From Minisyncoccota bacterium (GTDB lineage: Bacteria > Patescibacteriota > Minisyncoccia > Phycocordibacterales > SW-6-46-9), in contig JBBDRP010000002.1 of NCBI GenBank assembly GCA_040905385.1, positions 459,526 through 523,525 on the forward strand: 64,000 nucleotides of DNA, read 5' to 3'. The position numbers and the translations under genes are program-made. Below are positions 47,238 through 57,173 of this stretch, in pieces. The stretch's first letter is position 1. Every line of letters begins with the position of its first letter. The notes under the pieces were generated by a model. That model searched no databases, was not told the origin of the DNA, and saw only the letters and a list, made by a program, of their open reading frames with translations.

Positions 47238-49496
47238 ATGAAATTAGCTATTGTAGAGTCGCCATCAAAGGCCAAGACAATTAAAAAGTATCTCGGAGAC
47301 GACTACGAGGTCGAGGCGTCCGTCGGTCACGTGCGTGATTTACCGAAGTCTGCCAAGAACGCGATTGATATCGAGGCCGGCTTTGTTCCTAACTACGAAA
47401 TCCCGGAAAAGAAGAAGAAGGTTGTCGAGAAACTCAAAAAGATGTATAAGAAGGCCGATGAAGTCATCCTTGCCACTGACCCCGATCGTGAGGGTGAGGC
47501 CATCGCCTGGCATGTTGGTGAGGTGCTTGGGCTTGATTACGACTCGCCTAACGTAAAGCGCATTACCTTCAACGAGATTACAAAAGAGGCCGTCCAGGAG
47601 GCGCTTAAAAACGCCCGCAAGATCGACACCGACCTACGGCATGCTCAGGAGGCCCGCCGGGTACTGGACCGCATCTTCGGCTACGACCTATCTGAGCTGA
47701 TCTGGAAGAAGGTTCGTTACGGACTGTCGGCTGGTCGGGTACAGTCCCCTGCCCTGCGGATTATTATGGAGCGCGAGCGAGAAATTCGTGCCTTTGATCC
47801 GGAGGACTACTGGGTTATCTCGGCTGACCTACTTGCAAACAAAGATGATCTGACGGTCGTGTGCGTGGATGAACCCCGTGATGAAGACCGGGTAAAGGAG
47901 ATTCTAAAGGCCGGAAAAGCCCATAATTGGATCGTGGCTGATGTAGAGGAAAGCAACCGCAAGCGTAATCCTCGACCACCCTTCAAGACCTCTACCCTAC
48001 AGCGAGCCGGCTCGACCCGACTTAACTTCTCGCCATCCCGAACCATGCGGGCCGCACAGATTCTTTACGAAAAGGGTCACATTACGTACATGCGAACCGA
48101 CTCGACTACGCTGAGCTCCAACGCACAGAAACAGATTGTCGCCTTCCTTTCAGACAAGTACGACAAAAAGTACCAAAATCCACAGCAGTACAAGACAAAG
48201 GATAAGTCGGCTCAGGAGGCGCATGAGGCCATTCGTCCAACCACCATTGCCAAGCAGACGGTTGGTGGTGACAAGGATGCCAAAGAGCTATATGACCTTA
48301 TTTGGAAGCGGGCAGTTGCCAGTCAGATGGCTCCGGCAAAGCTCAAGCGCACAAAGATCGTGGCCCACATCCTGGACAATGGTGACAAAACTACACTACC
48401 GGCATTCACCGTTACCGGCACACGCACCATCTTTGACGGATGGTTTGCGGTTCATCCTGGGGCGCGTGGTGACGATGTAGAGCTCCCGGATGTTTCCAAG
48501 GGTGATGAACTAGAGCTAAAGGACATCACTTCCGAAGCCAAGGAAACCCAGCCGCCAAATCGCTACACAGAGGCCGGACTTATCAAAGAGCTTGAGGATC
48601 GTGGTATCGGCCGCCCGAGCACGTACGCGACAATTATTGATACGTTAGAGAATCGACGGTATATAAATAAAGAAGGACGAACGCTGTATCCAACCGATAC
48701 TGGTGATGTTGTTAGCTCCTTTCTAGAAGAGCACTTCGAGAAATATGTTAGCGACACCTTCACGGCCGAGCTTGAAGACAAGCTAGACCACATCGCCGCT
48801 GGTGAGGCCGAGTACAAGAAAATTCTCACTGACTTTTACGGCCCCTTTGAAAAGCAGCTGGAAAGCAAAAAAGATATAGATAAAATTACCACTCTTGGCC
48901 CGGCGCCAAATGGAGACAAATGCCCAGAATGCGAAAGTGATATGGTTATCAAGCTCGGTCGGGCCGGAAAATTCCTTTCCTGCTCTAAGTTCCCTGATTG
49001 TGAAGGTGCTCGCACCATGGACGGTGAATCACTGGCTGATACGCCGATTGGCATCCACCCTGATGAGGACAAGAACATTTACGTAAAGAGCGGTCCGTAT
49101 GGTCCGTACATTCAGCTCGGTGAGGATGATGAAAAAGGTAAAGGCAAGCCAAAGCGCGTCAGCATTCCGGACGACCAGGATCCAAAGGAGGTAGACATGG
49201 AGAAAGCGCTGAAGTACCTGGAGATTCCGCGTGATCTAGGAGAGCATCCAGAAACCGGTGAAAAGATTGTTGCCAGCATCGGTCCCTACGGCCCGTATGT
49301 TAAGCACGGAAAGAAGTTTCAGTCACTGAAAAAGTTCGAGCAGTACAACGTGTACGAAATCACCCTTGATGAGGCCGTAAAAGTCATCGCCGAAGGTAAG
49401 AAGAAGTCAAAGAAAAGCAAGAACCCTTCTTCGGGCAAGGGAAAGAAAGGAAGTAAAGGAAAGAATAGTAAGTCCAAGAAAGGTAAGAAAAATTAA
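47238..49496 (+). CDS. topA: DNA topoisomerase I
   Basis: IVESPSKAKTI, ATDPDREGE, SAGRVQS, ITYMRTD, GIGRPST, zinc ribbon, basic tail. Confidence 0.97.
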   Translation: MKLAIVESPSKAKTIKKYLGDDYEVEASVGHVRDLPKSAKNAIDIEAGFVPNYEIPEKKKKVVEKLKKMYKKADEVILATDPDREGEAIAWHVGEVLGLDYDSPNVKRITFNEITKEAVQEALKNARKIDTDLRHAQEARRVLDRIFGYDLSELIWKKVRYGLSAGRVQSPALRIIMEREREIRAFDPEDYWVISADLLANKDDLTVVCVDEPRDEDRVKEILKAGKAHNWIVADVEESNRKRNPRPPFKTSTLQRAGSTRLNFSPSRTMRAAQILYEKGHITYMRTDSTTLSSNAQKQIVAFLSDKYDKKYQNPQQYKTKDKSAQEAHEAIRPTTIAKQTVGGDKDAKELYDLIWKRAVASQMAPAKLKRTKIVAHILDNGDKTTLPAFTVTGTRTIFDGWFAVHPGARGDDVELPDVSKGDELELKDITSEAKETQPPNRYTEAGLIKELEDRGIGRPSTYATIIDTLENRRYINKEGRTLYPTDTGDVVSSFLEEHFEKYVSDTFTAELEDKLDHIAAGEAEYKKILTDFYGPFEKQLESKKDIDKITTLGPAPNGDKCPECESDMVIKLGRAGKFLSCSKFPDCEGARTMDGESLADTPIGIHPDEDKNIYVKSGPYGPYIQLGEDDEKGKGKPKRVSIPDDQDPKEVDMEKALKYLEIPRDLGEHPETGEKIVASIGPYGPYVKHGKKFQSLKKFEQYNVYEITLDEAVKVIAEGKKKSKKSKNPSSGKGKKGSKGKNSKSKKGKKN

Positions 49497-49542
49497 TTCC
49501 CACACTTTACCTAAACTCAAAAGCAACGTACACTTATATACT

Positions 49543-51069
49543 ATGAATAAGTCACTTGAAAATGTTGCTGATCCCAGCAGTATCATACGCCACATCTGGT
49601 CTCCCTCAGAGGAAGATACGAGACTTATCCGTAAAGCCTACGATATGGCGGTGGAGGCACACAATGATCAAGGTCGACACTCCGGCCGACCGTACGTTCA
49701 CCACGTGATTGAAACAGCTATTATTCTGGCCGATCTTGGCATGGACACAAAATCTATCGTCGCCGGCCTACTGCACGACACCATCGAGGACGGTCATCTG
49801 ACTGCCGGGGAAGTCGAGGATGCTTTTGATGAAGAGGTCTTATTTTTAGTACAAGGAGTCACCAAGCTTGGGCACGTTCGCTACCAAGGCCTCGAGCGAC
49901 ACACCGAAAGTCTACGCAAGCTTTTTGTGGCCACCTCTCAGGATGTTCGTGTTCTGATCATTAAGCTGGCTGACCGCCTGCACAACATGCGAACACTGCA
50001 GCATATCCCGGAACGTAAACAGGAACGCATCGCCACTGAAACACTAGAGGTATATGCCCCAATTGCTCAGCGACTCGGAATTGGTAAAATTTATAAAGAG
50101 CTCCAGGATCTAGCCTTTCCCTTTGTGGCTCCTGAGGAGTACGAAAAAGTTAAGAAGCTATCGGATGAAAAGTATGACCAGGCAGTAACTACAATTAAAC
50201 GCCTACGAAAGAAGCTGATTGTCGAGCTTGATAAGGATGAGCAGCTGAAGGACACAACAGTCGACTACCGACTCAAGCACCTGTACAGTCTGTATCAAAA
50301 ACTGAAACGAAAGGATATGGATATTGATCGCATCTACGACATTGTTGCTCTGCGCATCATTGTTAATAGCGCAGAGGAGTGCTATCGCGTTTTAGGTATC
50401 GTTCACGGCATCTGGCGACCACGCCCGGATCGAATGAAGGATTACATTGCCAGCCCGAAGCCAAACGGCTATCAGAGCCTACACACCACCATATTCACCG
50501 GTGATGGAAGTATGGCTGAAATTCAGATTCGTACAAGGAAGATGCATCACGAAGCCGAGTACGGTGTGGCTAGTCATGTGCGTTACAAAGACAAGGATGA
50601 GGATGGTAGTAAACTCAAGTGGTTTGAAAAGTTTATTTCTAATATTCGCTCTTCCGGCATCTCGGAAGATAGAGCCATTGATAATGTCCCGAACTGGATA
50701 AAGGAAATGGCCACAGAGCAGGAAGATACGACCGACCCAACCGAGTTCATGAAGAATCTACAAACAGACTTTTTCGAGGACCGTATTTTTGTATTTAGCC
50801 CAAAAGGTGACGTAATCGATCTCCCGGTTGGATCCGGACCGATCGATTTTGCGTATCATATACACTCTCAGCTTGGAGACCATATCTCAGGCGCCCGTAT
50901 CAACCAGAAATTCTCCTCACTTGATACCGAGCTGCACAGTGGTGATGTAGTAGAAATTATCACCGATAAATCAAACCATCCAAAGCGAAAGTGGCTGGAT
51001 TACACCCGAACCACCCTTGCCCAGGGTCGAATCAAACGAGCAATTCGCCAGCAAAACGAAGATAATTAG
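49543..51069 (+). CDS. relA: RelA/SpoT (p)ppGpp synthetase/hydrolase with TGS domain
   Basis: LLHDTIED HD domain, KLADRLHNMRT, PKPNGYQSLHT, EIQIRT, DFAYHIH TGS. Confidence 0.93.
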   Translation: MNKSLENVADPSSIIRHIWSPSEEDTRLIRKAYDMAVEAHNDQGRHSGRPYVHHVIETAIILADLGMDTKSIVAGLLHDTIEDGHLTAGEVEDAFDEEVLFLVQGVTKLGHVRYQGLERHTESLRKLFVATSQDVRVLIIKLADRLHNMRTLQHIPERKQERIATETLEVYAPIAQRLGIGKIYKELQDLAFPFVAPEEYEKVKKLSDEKYDQAVTTIKRLRKKLIVELDKDEQLKDTTVDYRLKHLYSLYQKLKRKDMDIDRIYDIVALRIIVNSAEECYRVLGIVHGIWRPRPDRMKDYIASPKPNGYQSLHTTIFTGDGSMAEIQIRTRKMHHEAEYGVASHVRYKDKDEDGSKLKWFEKFISNIRSSGISEDRAIDNVPNWIKEMATEQEDTTDPTEFMKNLQTDFFEDRIFVFSPKGDVIDLPVGSGPIDFAYHIHSQLGDHISGARINQKFSSLDTELHSGDVVEIITDKSNHPKRKWLDYTRTTLAQGRIKRAIRQQNEDN

Positions 51070-51074
51070 AGATC

Positions 51075-52502
51075 TTAGATCGAGAAGTTAGATACGGCAT
51101 AAATCTCCTCTTCATCCTCGTCGGCTTCAGAAGTTTCCTGCTCATCAAGATGAGTTTCTTTTTCTCTATTTTCGACATCTTCTTCATTTGCAGATGCTTC
51201 GGTTGTAATTTCTGATGTGTCGGTTTCCTGTTCGACTGAAGGTTCCTTAGTGTAGTCGCTTTGCTGCTCGCTCATGCTGTCTTCTGATGACTGGATTTCT
51301 TGTGGCTGCTCGGCGATTCTTTTATCCGATTGATTCTGTGTAGCATCGATGGTTCTTTTGTCTGTATTACTGCTAGCTGATTCGTTATTGTTATTTACCA
51401 TCTCAGATTCAGCCCCTTCAGAAACTGCATCGTTTGCGACTGTAGTGTGTGAGGTTGATTCTTCATTCACCTGCTCTGTCACATCATTATCACCGGTTTC
51501 TGCAGCGTGCTGCTGGCGAGCAGCGGCAATCATAGTTCCGAGTGTTTCGGCAATAGTTTTTCCTTCTGACTCACTCTCCATTATCTCTTCGGAGTTACTA
51601 CTTTCTCCAGTCTCCTCATCCTCATTCATATTTTCAACGTACTGCTCCATCATGTCGCCTACCTCCATATCACCTCCTGCCTGTACCAGCTTGATAATAT
51701 TTTCTAAATCCTCTTCGGAGAAGAAGTCAATCACCAGCTTACCGCCGACATCGCGCTCCTCAATCTTGACGCGAGTACCGAACGTATCCGACAACCGGTC
51801 CTCGAGCTGTTTGGTTTTTGGTGTAATTTTATTCTTCTTTTTTCGTACCTTGTCCTGTGCATCTCGACGAGCAATTGATTCGGCCTCGCGGACGGTGAGG
51901 CCTTTGTGTATCACCTCTTTAAAAAGAGTCTCCTGCTCCTGTGGTTTGTCTCGAAGCATCATGATCGGACGGGCGTGACCTTCGGTCATCTGGCCGTTAA
52001 TAACTGCCTGCTTTATATCCTCTGGAAGCTTGAGAAGTCGCATGCTGTTGGAGACATACTCGCGACTTTTTCCGATTTTTTTGGCTATTTCTTTATGTGT
52101 AAAATCAAACTCGTTAGCCAGTTGATCAAAGGCTTCGGCTCGCTCGATTGGGTTTAGATCCTCTCGCTGCAGGTTCTCAATAATTGCCAGCTCTAGCTTG
52201 ACCTGGGCATTTTCTTCACCACTGCGGATAATGACCGGAACTTGAGACAGGTTCGCCAACTGTGAGGCGCGGTGGCGGCGCTCACCAGCAATCAGCTCGT
52301 ACTCTACCTTTAGTCCCCCGTCCTCTTTGACATGCTCTTTACGGGTAACGGTAAGTGGCTGCAGAATTCCGTACTGGCGAATTGACTCGGCCAGATCACG
52401 AAGGCGTTCTTCGTTAAAGTCGCGTCGTGGTTGGTATGGATTGGGTTTGATTTTCTCTACCTCAACCCAAAAAATTGCGTCGTTTTGAAATTTAGATGAC
52501 AT
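51075..52502 (-). CDS. parB: ParB/Spo0J with long acidic C-terminal extension
   Basis: PNPYQPRR, IAGERRHRA, IENLQREDLNPIE, HTH; about 200-aa E/S/T/D-rich tail. Confidence 0.92.
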   Translation of the reverse strand: MSSKFQNDAIFWVEVEKIKPNPYQPRRDFNEERLRDLAESIRQYGILQPLTVTRKEHVKEDGGLKVEYELIAGERRHRASQLANLSQVPVIIRSGEENAQVKLELAIIENLQREDLNPIERAEAFDQLANEFDFTHKEIAKKIGKSREYVSNSMRLLKLPEDIKQAVINGQMTEGHARPIMMLRDKPQEQETLFKEVIHKGLTVREAESIARRDAQDKVRKKKNKITPKTKQLEDRLSDTFGTRVKIEERDVGGKLVIDFFSEEDLENIIKLVQAGGDMEVGDMMEQYVENMNEDEETGESSNSEEIMESESEGKTIAETLGTMIAAARQQHAAETGDNDVTEQVNEESTSHTTVANDAVSEGAESEMVNNNNESASSNTDKRTIDATQNQSDKRIAEQPQEIQSSEDSMSEQQSDYTKEPSVEQETDTSEITTEASANEEDVENREKETHLDEQETSEADEDEEEIYAVSNFSI

Positions 52503-52702
52503 TGTGGCTGTGGGTTACACCTCACTTGTTCCTCTGCATTTTAACACAAGGATGATTTCTTAATATGTTGATAAATATGCCCTGTTCGCGTAATCTAAAG
52601 ACGTTAGCTGGGATGGCGGCCCCGTACGGGATAACCTGGCTTCGCCAGAACCACATTACGGGGTAAAAACTGGTAGATTGCTTTAACAATATAATTAAAT
52701 AA

Positions 52703-52786
52703 GCCGGGATGATGGAATTGGTAGACATGCAGCACTCAAAATGCTGTGAGCTTACGCTCGTGAGAGTTCAAATCTCTCTCCCGGCA
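52703..52786 (+). tRNA. tRNA-Leu(CAA)
   Basis: GCCGGGA/TCCCGGC, CAGCA-CTCAAAA-TGCTG, long variable arm, GAGAG-TTCAAAT-CTCTC. Confidence 0.95.
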
Positions 52787-52788
52787 CA

Positions 52789-52942
52789 TCGGGACTAATG
52801 CAAATTTATTTGCATTAGTTGAGATTTGAAAGGCACAGTGATGTTTCTGTTTGAGCGTAGTGAAAGGCAGAAACCACGAGCCGGGGTCGAGAAAAATTTG
52901 CGTCAGAAAATTTATTCGTGACCAAATCTCTCTCCCGGCACA
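52789..52942 (+). ncRNA. tRNA-trailer structured element, copy 2 (outer stems copy tRNA-Leu(CAA) ends)
   Basis: Starts with TCGGGA, ends with a 20-bp repeat of the tRNA 3' end; core homologous to 33310-33463. Confidence 0.65.
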
Positions 52943-52944
52943 CT

Positions 52945-53028
52945 GGGCGAGTGGCGGAACTGGTAGACGCGCACGGTTCAGGGCCGTGTGAGCTCACGCT
53001 CATGGGAGTTCGACTCTCCCCTCGCCCA
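52945..53028 (+). tRNA. tRNA-Leu(CAG)
   Basis: GGGCGAG/CTCGCCC, CACGG-TTCAGGG-CCGTG, variable arm, GGGAG-TTCGACT-CTCCC. Confidence 0.95.
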
Positions 53029-53049
53029 CAATAATGTAAGATCTTATAT

Positions 53050-54069
53050 TTAGGATACGTAATTTGGCTCGCGTTCCAAAACGATACCAAACATATCTTC
53101 CACTCTCTTCTTTATCTCTCCCTGAACAGACAGGAGCTCTGTCGTTGTACCTCCACCATCATGAATCAGCACCAAGGCATTGTCGGCTGAGGTGCGGAAA
53201 TTACCGAAGGACTTCCCTTTCAGACCTGCCTTCTCTATCAACCAGCCAGCCGGGATCTTGACCTGACCATCTTTGAGATCAAAGCGAACGAGGTCTGGAA
53301 ATTTATCTTCCAGCTCATCAGCCTGACTTCGATCGATGACGGGATTGGTAAAGAAGGACCCAGCATTGGGTGTCGTCTCTACATTCGGAAGACGGCTTGA
53401 TCGCACCGCGACAATTGCGTCTCTGATTTCTGTTAGATCAGGATTTTCAATACGATTCTTCTCAAGATACGCCTGCAGCGAACCGTAGTCAGGAGCTGAC
53501 GGAGATTGATCCACCTGAAGCCGAAGCTTAAGCTCGGTAATGAAAAATCGGGCAAACTGGCGCTTGAAAAGACTGTTTCGATAGGAAAAATCACAATCAC
53601 TAGGCGTAAATTCACGAAACTCACCATGCTCTTTATCCCAGGCCGTGAGTGAAACAAACGTATCGGCCAGCTGGGCTCCATAAGCACCAATATTCTGGAC
53701 CGGTGCGGCACCAACCGTGCCCGGGATACCCGAAAGCGCCTCGATACCGCTAAAACCACCGGCAACTGCTTGCTTTACCAACTCATCCCAGCTTTCACCA
53801 GCCGCTGCAGTTACGATAACCTCATCTCCGATCTCTTCAAAGGAGATACCACACAACTGATTTCTCACAACAAGTTTATCAATGACGCCATCGGCAAAAA
53901 TTGTATTGGAACCGCCGCCGAGCATAAACACCTCAACCTCACACTCCTTAGCAAATCTAAAGACATTGGAGACATCGGATGTCTCCGTAAGCGTAGCGAA
54001 GTATCGGGCCGATCCGCCAAGCTTGAGCGTGGTGTGTGGAGCCAGCGGAATGTTTTCCCTAATCTGCAT
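53050..54069 (-). CDS. murB: UDP-N-acetylmuramate dehydrogenase
   Basis: LGGGSN, GIPGTVGAAPVQNIGAYG, FSYRNS, NAGSFFTNP, LEREP. Confidence 0.95.
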   Translation of the reverse strand: MQIRENIPLAPHTTLKLGGSARYFATLTETSDVSNVFRFAKECEVEVFMLGGGSNTIFADGVIDKLVVRNQLCGISFEEIGDEVIVTAAAGESWDELVKQAVAGGFSGIEALSGIPGTVGAAPVQNIGAYGAQLADTFVSLTAWDKEHGEFREFTPSDCDFSYRNSLFKRQFARFFITELKLRLQVDQSPSAPDYGSLQAYLEKNRIENPDLTEIRDAIVAVRSSRLPNVETTPNAGSFFTNPVIDRSQADELEDKFPDLVRFDLKDGQVKIPAGWLIEKAGLKGKSFGNFRTSADNALVLIHDGGGTTTELLSVQGEIKKRVEDMFGIVLEREPNYVS

Positions 54070-54109
54070 AAAATATTGATTTAATTATCAACAGTTACCC
54101 TTTGGGTAG

Positions 54110-54127
54110 TATATCAAATATGATATA
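54110..54127. promoter_or_regulatory. Perfect 7-bp inverted repeat overlapping the murA -10 box (candidate operator)
   Basis: TATATCA-aata-TGATATA between divergent murB and HTH-murA. Confidence 0.5.
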
Positions 54128-54135
54128 ACGTGTGC

Positions 54136-55659
54136 ATGAATACACAAACCGGACAGGAAAAAATCGGACAGTTTATTAAGGATCTTCGTCTGCGCAAGCA
54201 GCTAACGCAGACCGAGTTTGCCAAAGCACTTGAGACATCGCAAAGTGCCGTCGCCCGCATTGAAAGCGGTAACCAGAACTTGACCACTTCCCTGCTGGAG
54301 AAGATCAGTGATGCACTTAATCACAAGATCGTCTCGCTGTCGGACAACACGCTGGACTTTCGCATTACCGGCGGCAAGAAGCTTTCTGGAAGCATTCAGA
54401 CCAACACCTCCAAGAACGGCTCTGTTGCACTACTGTGTGCGTCGCTCCTGAATAAAGGCACCACTACACTGCACGGCATCGCCCGGATCGAAGAGGTTTA
54501 CCGGGTTATTGAGATCCTTCAGAGCATAGATATCGATGTAAAGTGGACGGATGATAATATCCTCAGAATTTCCCCACCCAAAGAGTTTGCTATGGATGAG
54601 CTGGATATCGAAGCTGCTCGCCGCGTGCGTTCATCGCTCATGATGATTGGCCCGCTCTCACACGCCCTAGATACTTTTAATCTTCCCCATGCTGGTGGGT
54701 GCAAGATGGGTGAGCGCACCATTGCTGCCCACAAGCACGTCTTCGAGTCGCTAGGACTCGCCATCAGTACCAATGAAGATGACTACGAGATAACCCACAC
54801 CCAGGAGGATCCAGTAGATGAAGTTATTATGTACGAGGCCAGCGATACCGCCACCATCAACGCCCTTCTGCGGGCTGCACGTCTCGAAAGAAAAACGAAG
54901 ATTAGCTTCTGCACCCCTAACTATCAAGTACAGGATATCTGCTTCTTTCTGGAGAAGCTGGGCGTAGAGATAGATGGTATTGGCACCTCTACTCTTATCG
55001 TTCATGGCGTGAGTGATATTGACACAGATGTGGTTCACGAGAATAGTGAGGATCCGATAGAGTCGATGATGTTTATCTCTGCTGCACTGGTTACTAACTC
55101 TGAACTAGAGATTACTCGCTGCCCAATCGACTTTCTGAAACTTGAGCTTCTTAAACTGGAAAAGATGGGCGCGGAGATTGAGCAATCCGATGAATACACC
55201 AGCACAAACGGACGTACAAAGCTGGTTGACCTGACCGTTCACCCATCTGAGCTGAAGGCATTGGACGTAAAGATTCACGCTCTGCCCTACCCCGGGATTA
55301 ATGCCGACAATCTGCCTTTCTTTGTACCGATTGCTACCCAGGCCGAAGGAACCACAAAAATTAACGACTGGATGTGGGAGAACCGAGCCATCTACTTCAC
55401 CGAGCTCAATCGCTTCGGAGCTGATATTGAGCTGGCTGATCCACACCGCGTCTACATCAATGGGCCAACCGAGTTTCGGGCCAGTCAGGTTGTCTGTCCG
55501 CCAGCGCTACGACCATCGGTCATTATTCTGATTGCAATGCTGGCGGCAGAAGGTACCTCTGTGCTGCGTAATGTTTACTCTATCCAGCGCGGCTACGAAA
55601 ACATCGCCGAGCGTCTGAATGATATCGGTGCTGATATTGAGATAATGCACAATATTTAA
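54136..55659 (+). CDS. murA: UDP-GlcNAc 1-carboxyvinyltransferase fused to an N-terminal XRE HTH
   Basis: LTQTEFAKALETSQSAVARIESG HTH; SKNG, GGCKMGER (catalytic Cys), DPIE, PYPG, RGYE. Confidence 0.93.
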   Translation: MNTQTGQEKIGQFIKDLRLRKQLTQTEFAKALETSQSAVARIESGNQNLTTSLLEKISDALNHKIVSLSDNTLDFRITGGKKLSGSIQTNTSKNGSVALLCASLLNKGTTTLHGIARIEEVYRVIEILQSIDIDVKWTDDNILRISPPKEFAMDELDIEAARRVRSSLMMIGPLSHALDTFNLPHAGGCKMGERTIAAHKHVFESLGLAISTNEDDYEITHTQEDPVDEVIMYEASDTATINALLRAARLERKTKISFCTPNYQVQDICFFLEKLGVEIDGIGTSTLIVHGVSDIDTDVVHENSEDPIESMMFISAALVTNSELEITRCPIDFLKLELLKLEKMGAEIEQSDEYTSTNGRTKLVDLTVHPSELKALDVKIHALPYPGINADNLPFFVPIATQAEGTTKINDWMWENRAIYFTELNRFGADIELADPHRVYINGPTEFRASQVVCPPALRPSVIILIAMLAAEGTSVLRNVYSIQRGYENIAERLNDIGADIEIMHNI

Positions 55660-55689
55660 AATCATCAAGTATCGACTTCTAACCATAAT

Positions 55690-55717
55690 TTGACAAATAT
55701 GCATAAATAACTATAAT
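55690..55717 (+). promoter_or_regulatory. Consensus sigma70 promoter
   Basis: TTGACA-16 nt-TATAAT upstream of 55754. Confidence 0.7.
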
Positions 55718-55753
55718 ATCGTAAGATAAAATCACAAAAAAATGAGGATATAA

Positions 55754-56173
55754 ATGTCAAAAAATCTTGTTCTTTTTGCAGGTGCAGTACTATTATCACT
55801 ATTGGCAGCTTGGGGTGCGTATGAATTTTACGACAGCTCGAACTACACGATCATTATTTCCGTGGCATTATTCTTTCTTGTGGGTATATGGAAATGCCTG
55901 CTGTCTTACTTTCCACGAAGGCGAGACATAAAGGAGACATGCACAGAAATAATGCAGCTTATAGTATATGCCAGCGTATTAATAATTATGCTACTTATAC
56001 TTATTACATGGCTTCAAGAAGACATGTACTCAACTGCGAGTGACTGGTTTCGAATTAAAGAAGCCATATCTCAAACCGGAATAAAACTAGTTCTCTTCCT
56101 CTTTGGCTGCGGTACTTCATTTGTAATTGGTTACTCAATTACCGCTAAAATAAGACGTAAACTATCTATTTAA
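55754..56173 (+). CDS. Orphan membrane protein (4 TM)
   Basis: Four hydrophobic helices; GAGG RBS; own terminator. Confidence 0.7.
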   Translation: MSKNLVLFAGAVLLSLLAAWGAYEFYDSSNYTIIISVALFFLVGIWKCLLSYFPRRRDIKETCTEIMQLIVYASVLIIMLLILITWLQEDMYSTASDWFRIKEAISQTGIKLVLFLFGCGTSFVIGYSITAKIRRKLSI

Positions 56174-56183
56174 CCAACAGTGT

Positions 56184-56217
56184 AAAGCCATCACGTATAA
56201 TACACGTGATGGCTTTA
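56184..56217 (+). terminator. Intrinsic terminator
   Basis: aaagccatcacgt-ataatac-acgtgatggcttt. Confidence 0.7.
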
Positions 56218-56236
56218 ATTTTACACAAAGCACTCC

Positions 56237-57133
56237 ATGAATAAACTACTTACAATCTGTGGCCCCACCGCTGTCGGAAAGAGTTCGCTAGCAGTTGATG
56301 TAGCTCAGGAATTCGACGGTGAGGTTATTTCCGCCGATAGTCGCCAGGTGTATCGAGATCTAGATATTGCTACCGGGAAAATTACCGCCGAAGAGATGCA
56401 GGGTGTTCCCCACCATCTACTTGATGTTGCTGATCCGCAGGAAGATTTTTCTGTAGCTGATTTTAAGGAGCTGGCTGATAAAGCCGTGTCTGAAATTCAT
56501 AGCCGTAGTAAACTACCGATACTATGCGGCGGAACTGGATTTTACATCCAGGCAATCGTTGATGACCTGGTGTTACCAGATGTAGAGCCAGATCGGACAT
56601 TGCGAGAGAGACTTTCAAAAAGAAGCACCGATGACCTTTTCTCCGAGTTACAGCAAAAGGATCCACGCCGAGCGGACGAAATTGATCCCGATAATCCACA
56701 CCGACTCATTCGTGCGCTGGAGATTGTTGCCGAAATAGGCGAAGTACCGAAGTTAGATAAAAAAGAGCGCTTCGACACCTTCCAGATAGGACTGGATCTA
56801 CCTGACCAAGAACTCAAACATCGTATTATAAGACGAACAAAAGAGCGATTTGAAAGCGGCATGATTCAAGAGGCTGAGGATTTATACAGAAATGGATTAT
56901 CACTAGAACGAATGCGCGAGCTTGGGCTTGAGTACGGACATTTGGCCGATTTTATTGACGGAAAGATAGATAAAGAGGCTGTATTTAAAAATATTGTTCA
57001 GAGTGACTGGCAGTACGCTCGCCGCCAGCGTACGTGGTTTTATAAAGATGATCGAATCAACTGGTTTAATCCGCTCGAAGAGCGTGGAGATATTGAAAAA
57101 AGAGTAGAGGCCTTTCTGGAGCTGAAAAAGTAA
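56237..57133 (+). CDS. miaA: tRNA dimethylallyltransferase
   Basis: GPTAVGKS, SADSRQVY, PHHLLD, GGTGFY, YARRQRTWF. Confidence 0.96.
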   Translation: MNKLLTICGPTAVGKSSLAVDVAQEFDGEVISADSRQVYRDLDIATGKITAEEMQGVPHHLLDVADPQEDFSVADFKELADKAVSEIHSRSKLPILCGGTGFYIQAIVDDLVLPDVEPDRTLRERLSKRSTDDLFSELQQKDPRRADEIDPDNPHRLIRALEIVAEIGEVPKLDKKERFDTFQIGLDLPDQELKHRIIRRTKERFESGMIQEAEDLYRNGLSLERMRELGLEYGHLADFIDGKIDKEAVFKNIVQSDWQYARRQRTWFYKDDRINWFNPLEERGDIEKRVEAFLELKK

Positions 57134-57173
57134 GTACCTACTGTCTGTTAGCAGTAGGTACTAGATATGCGTT

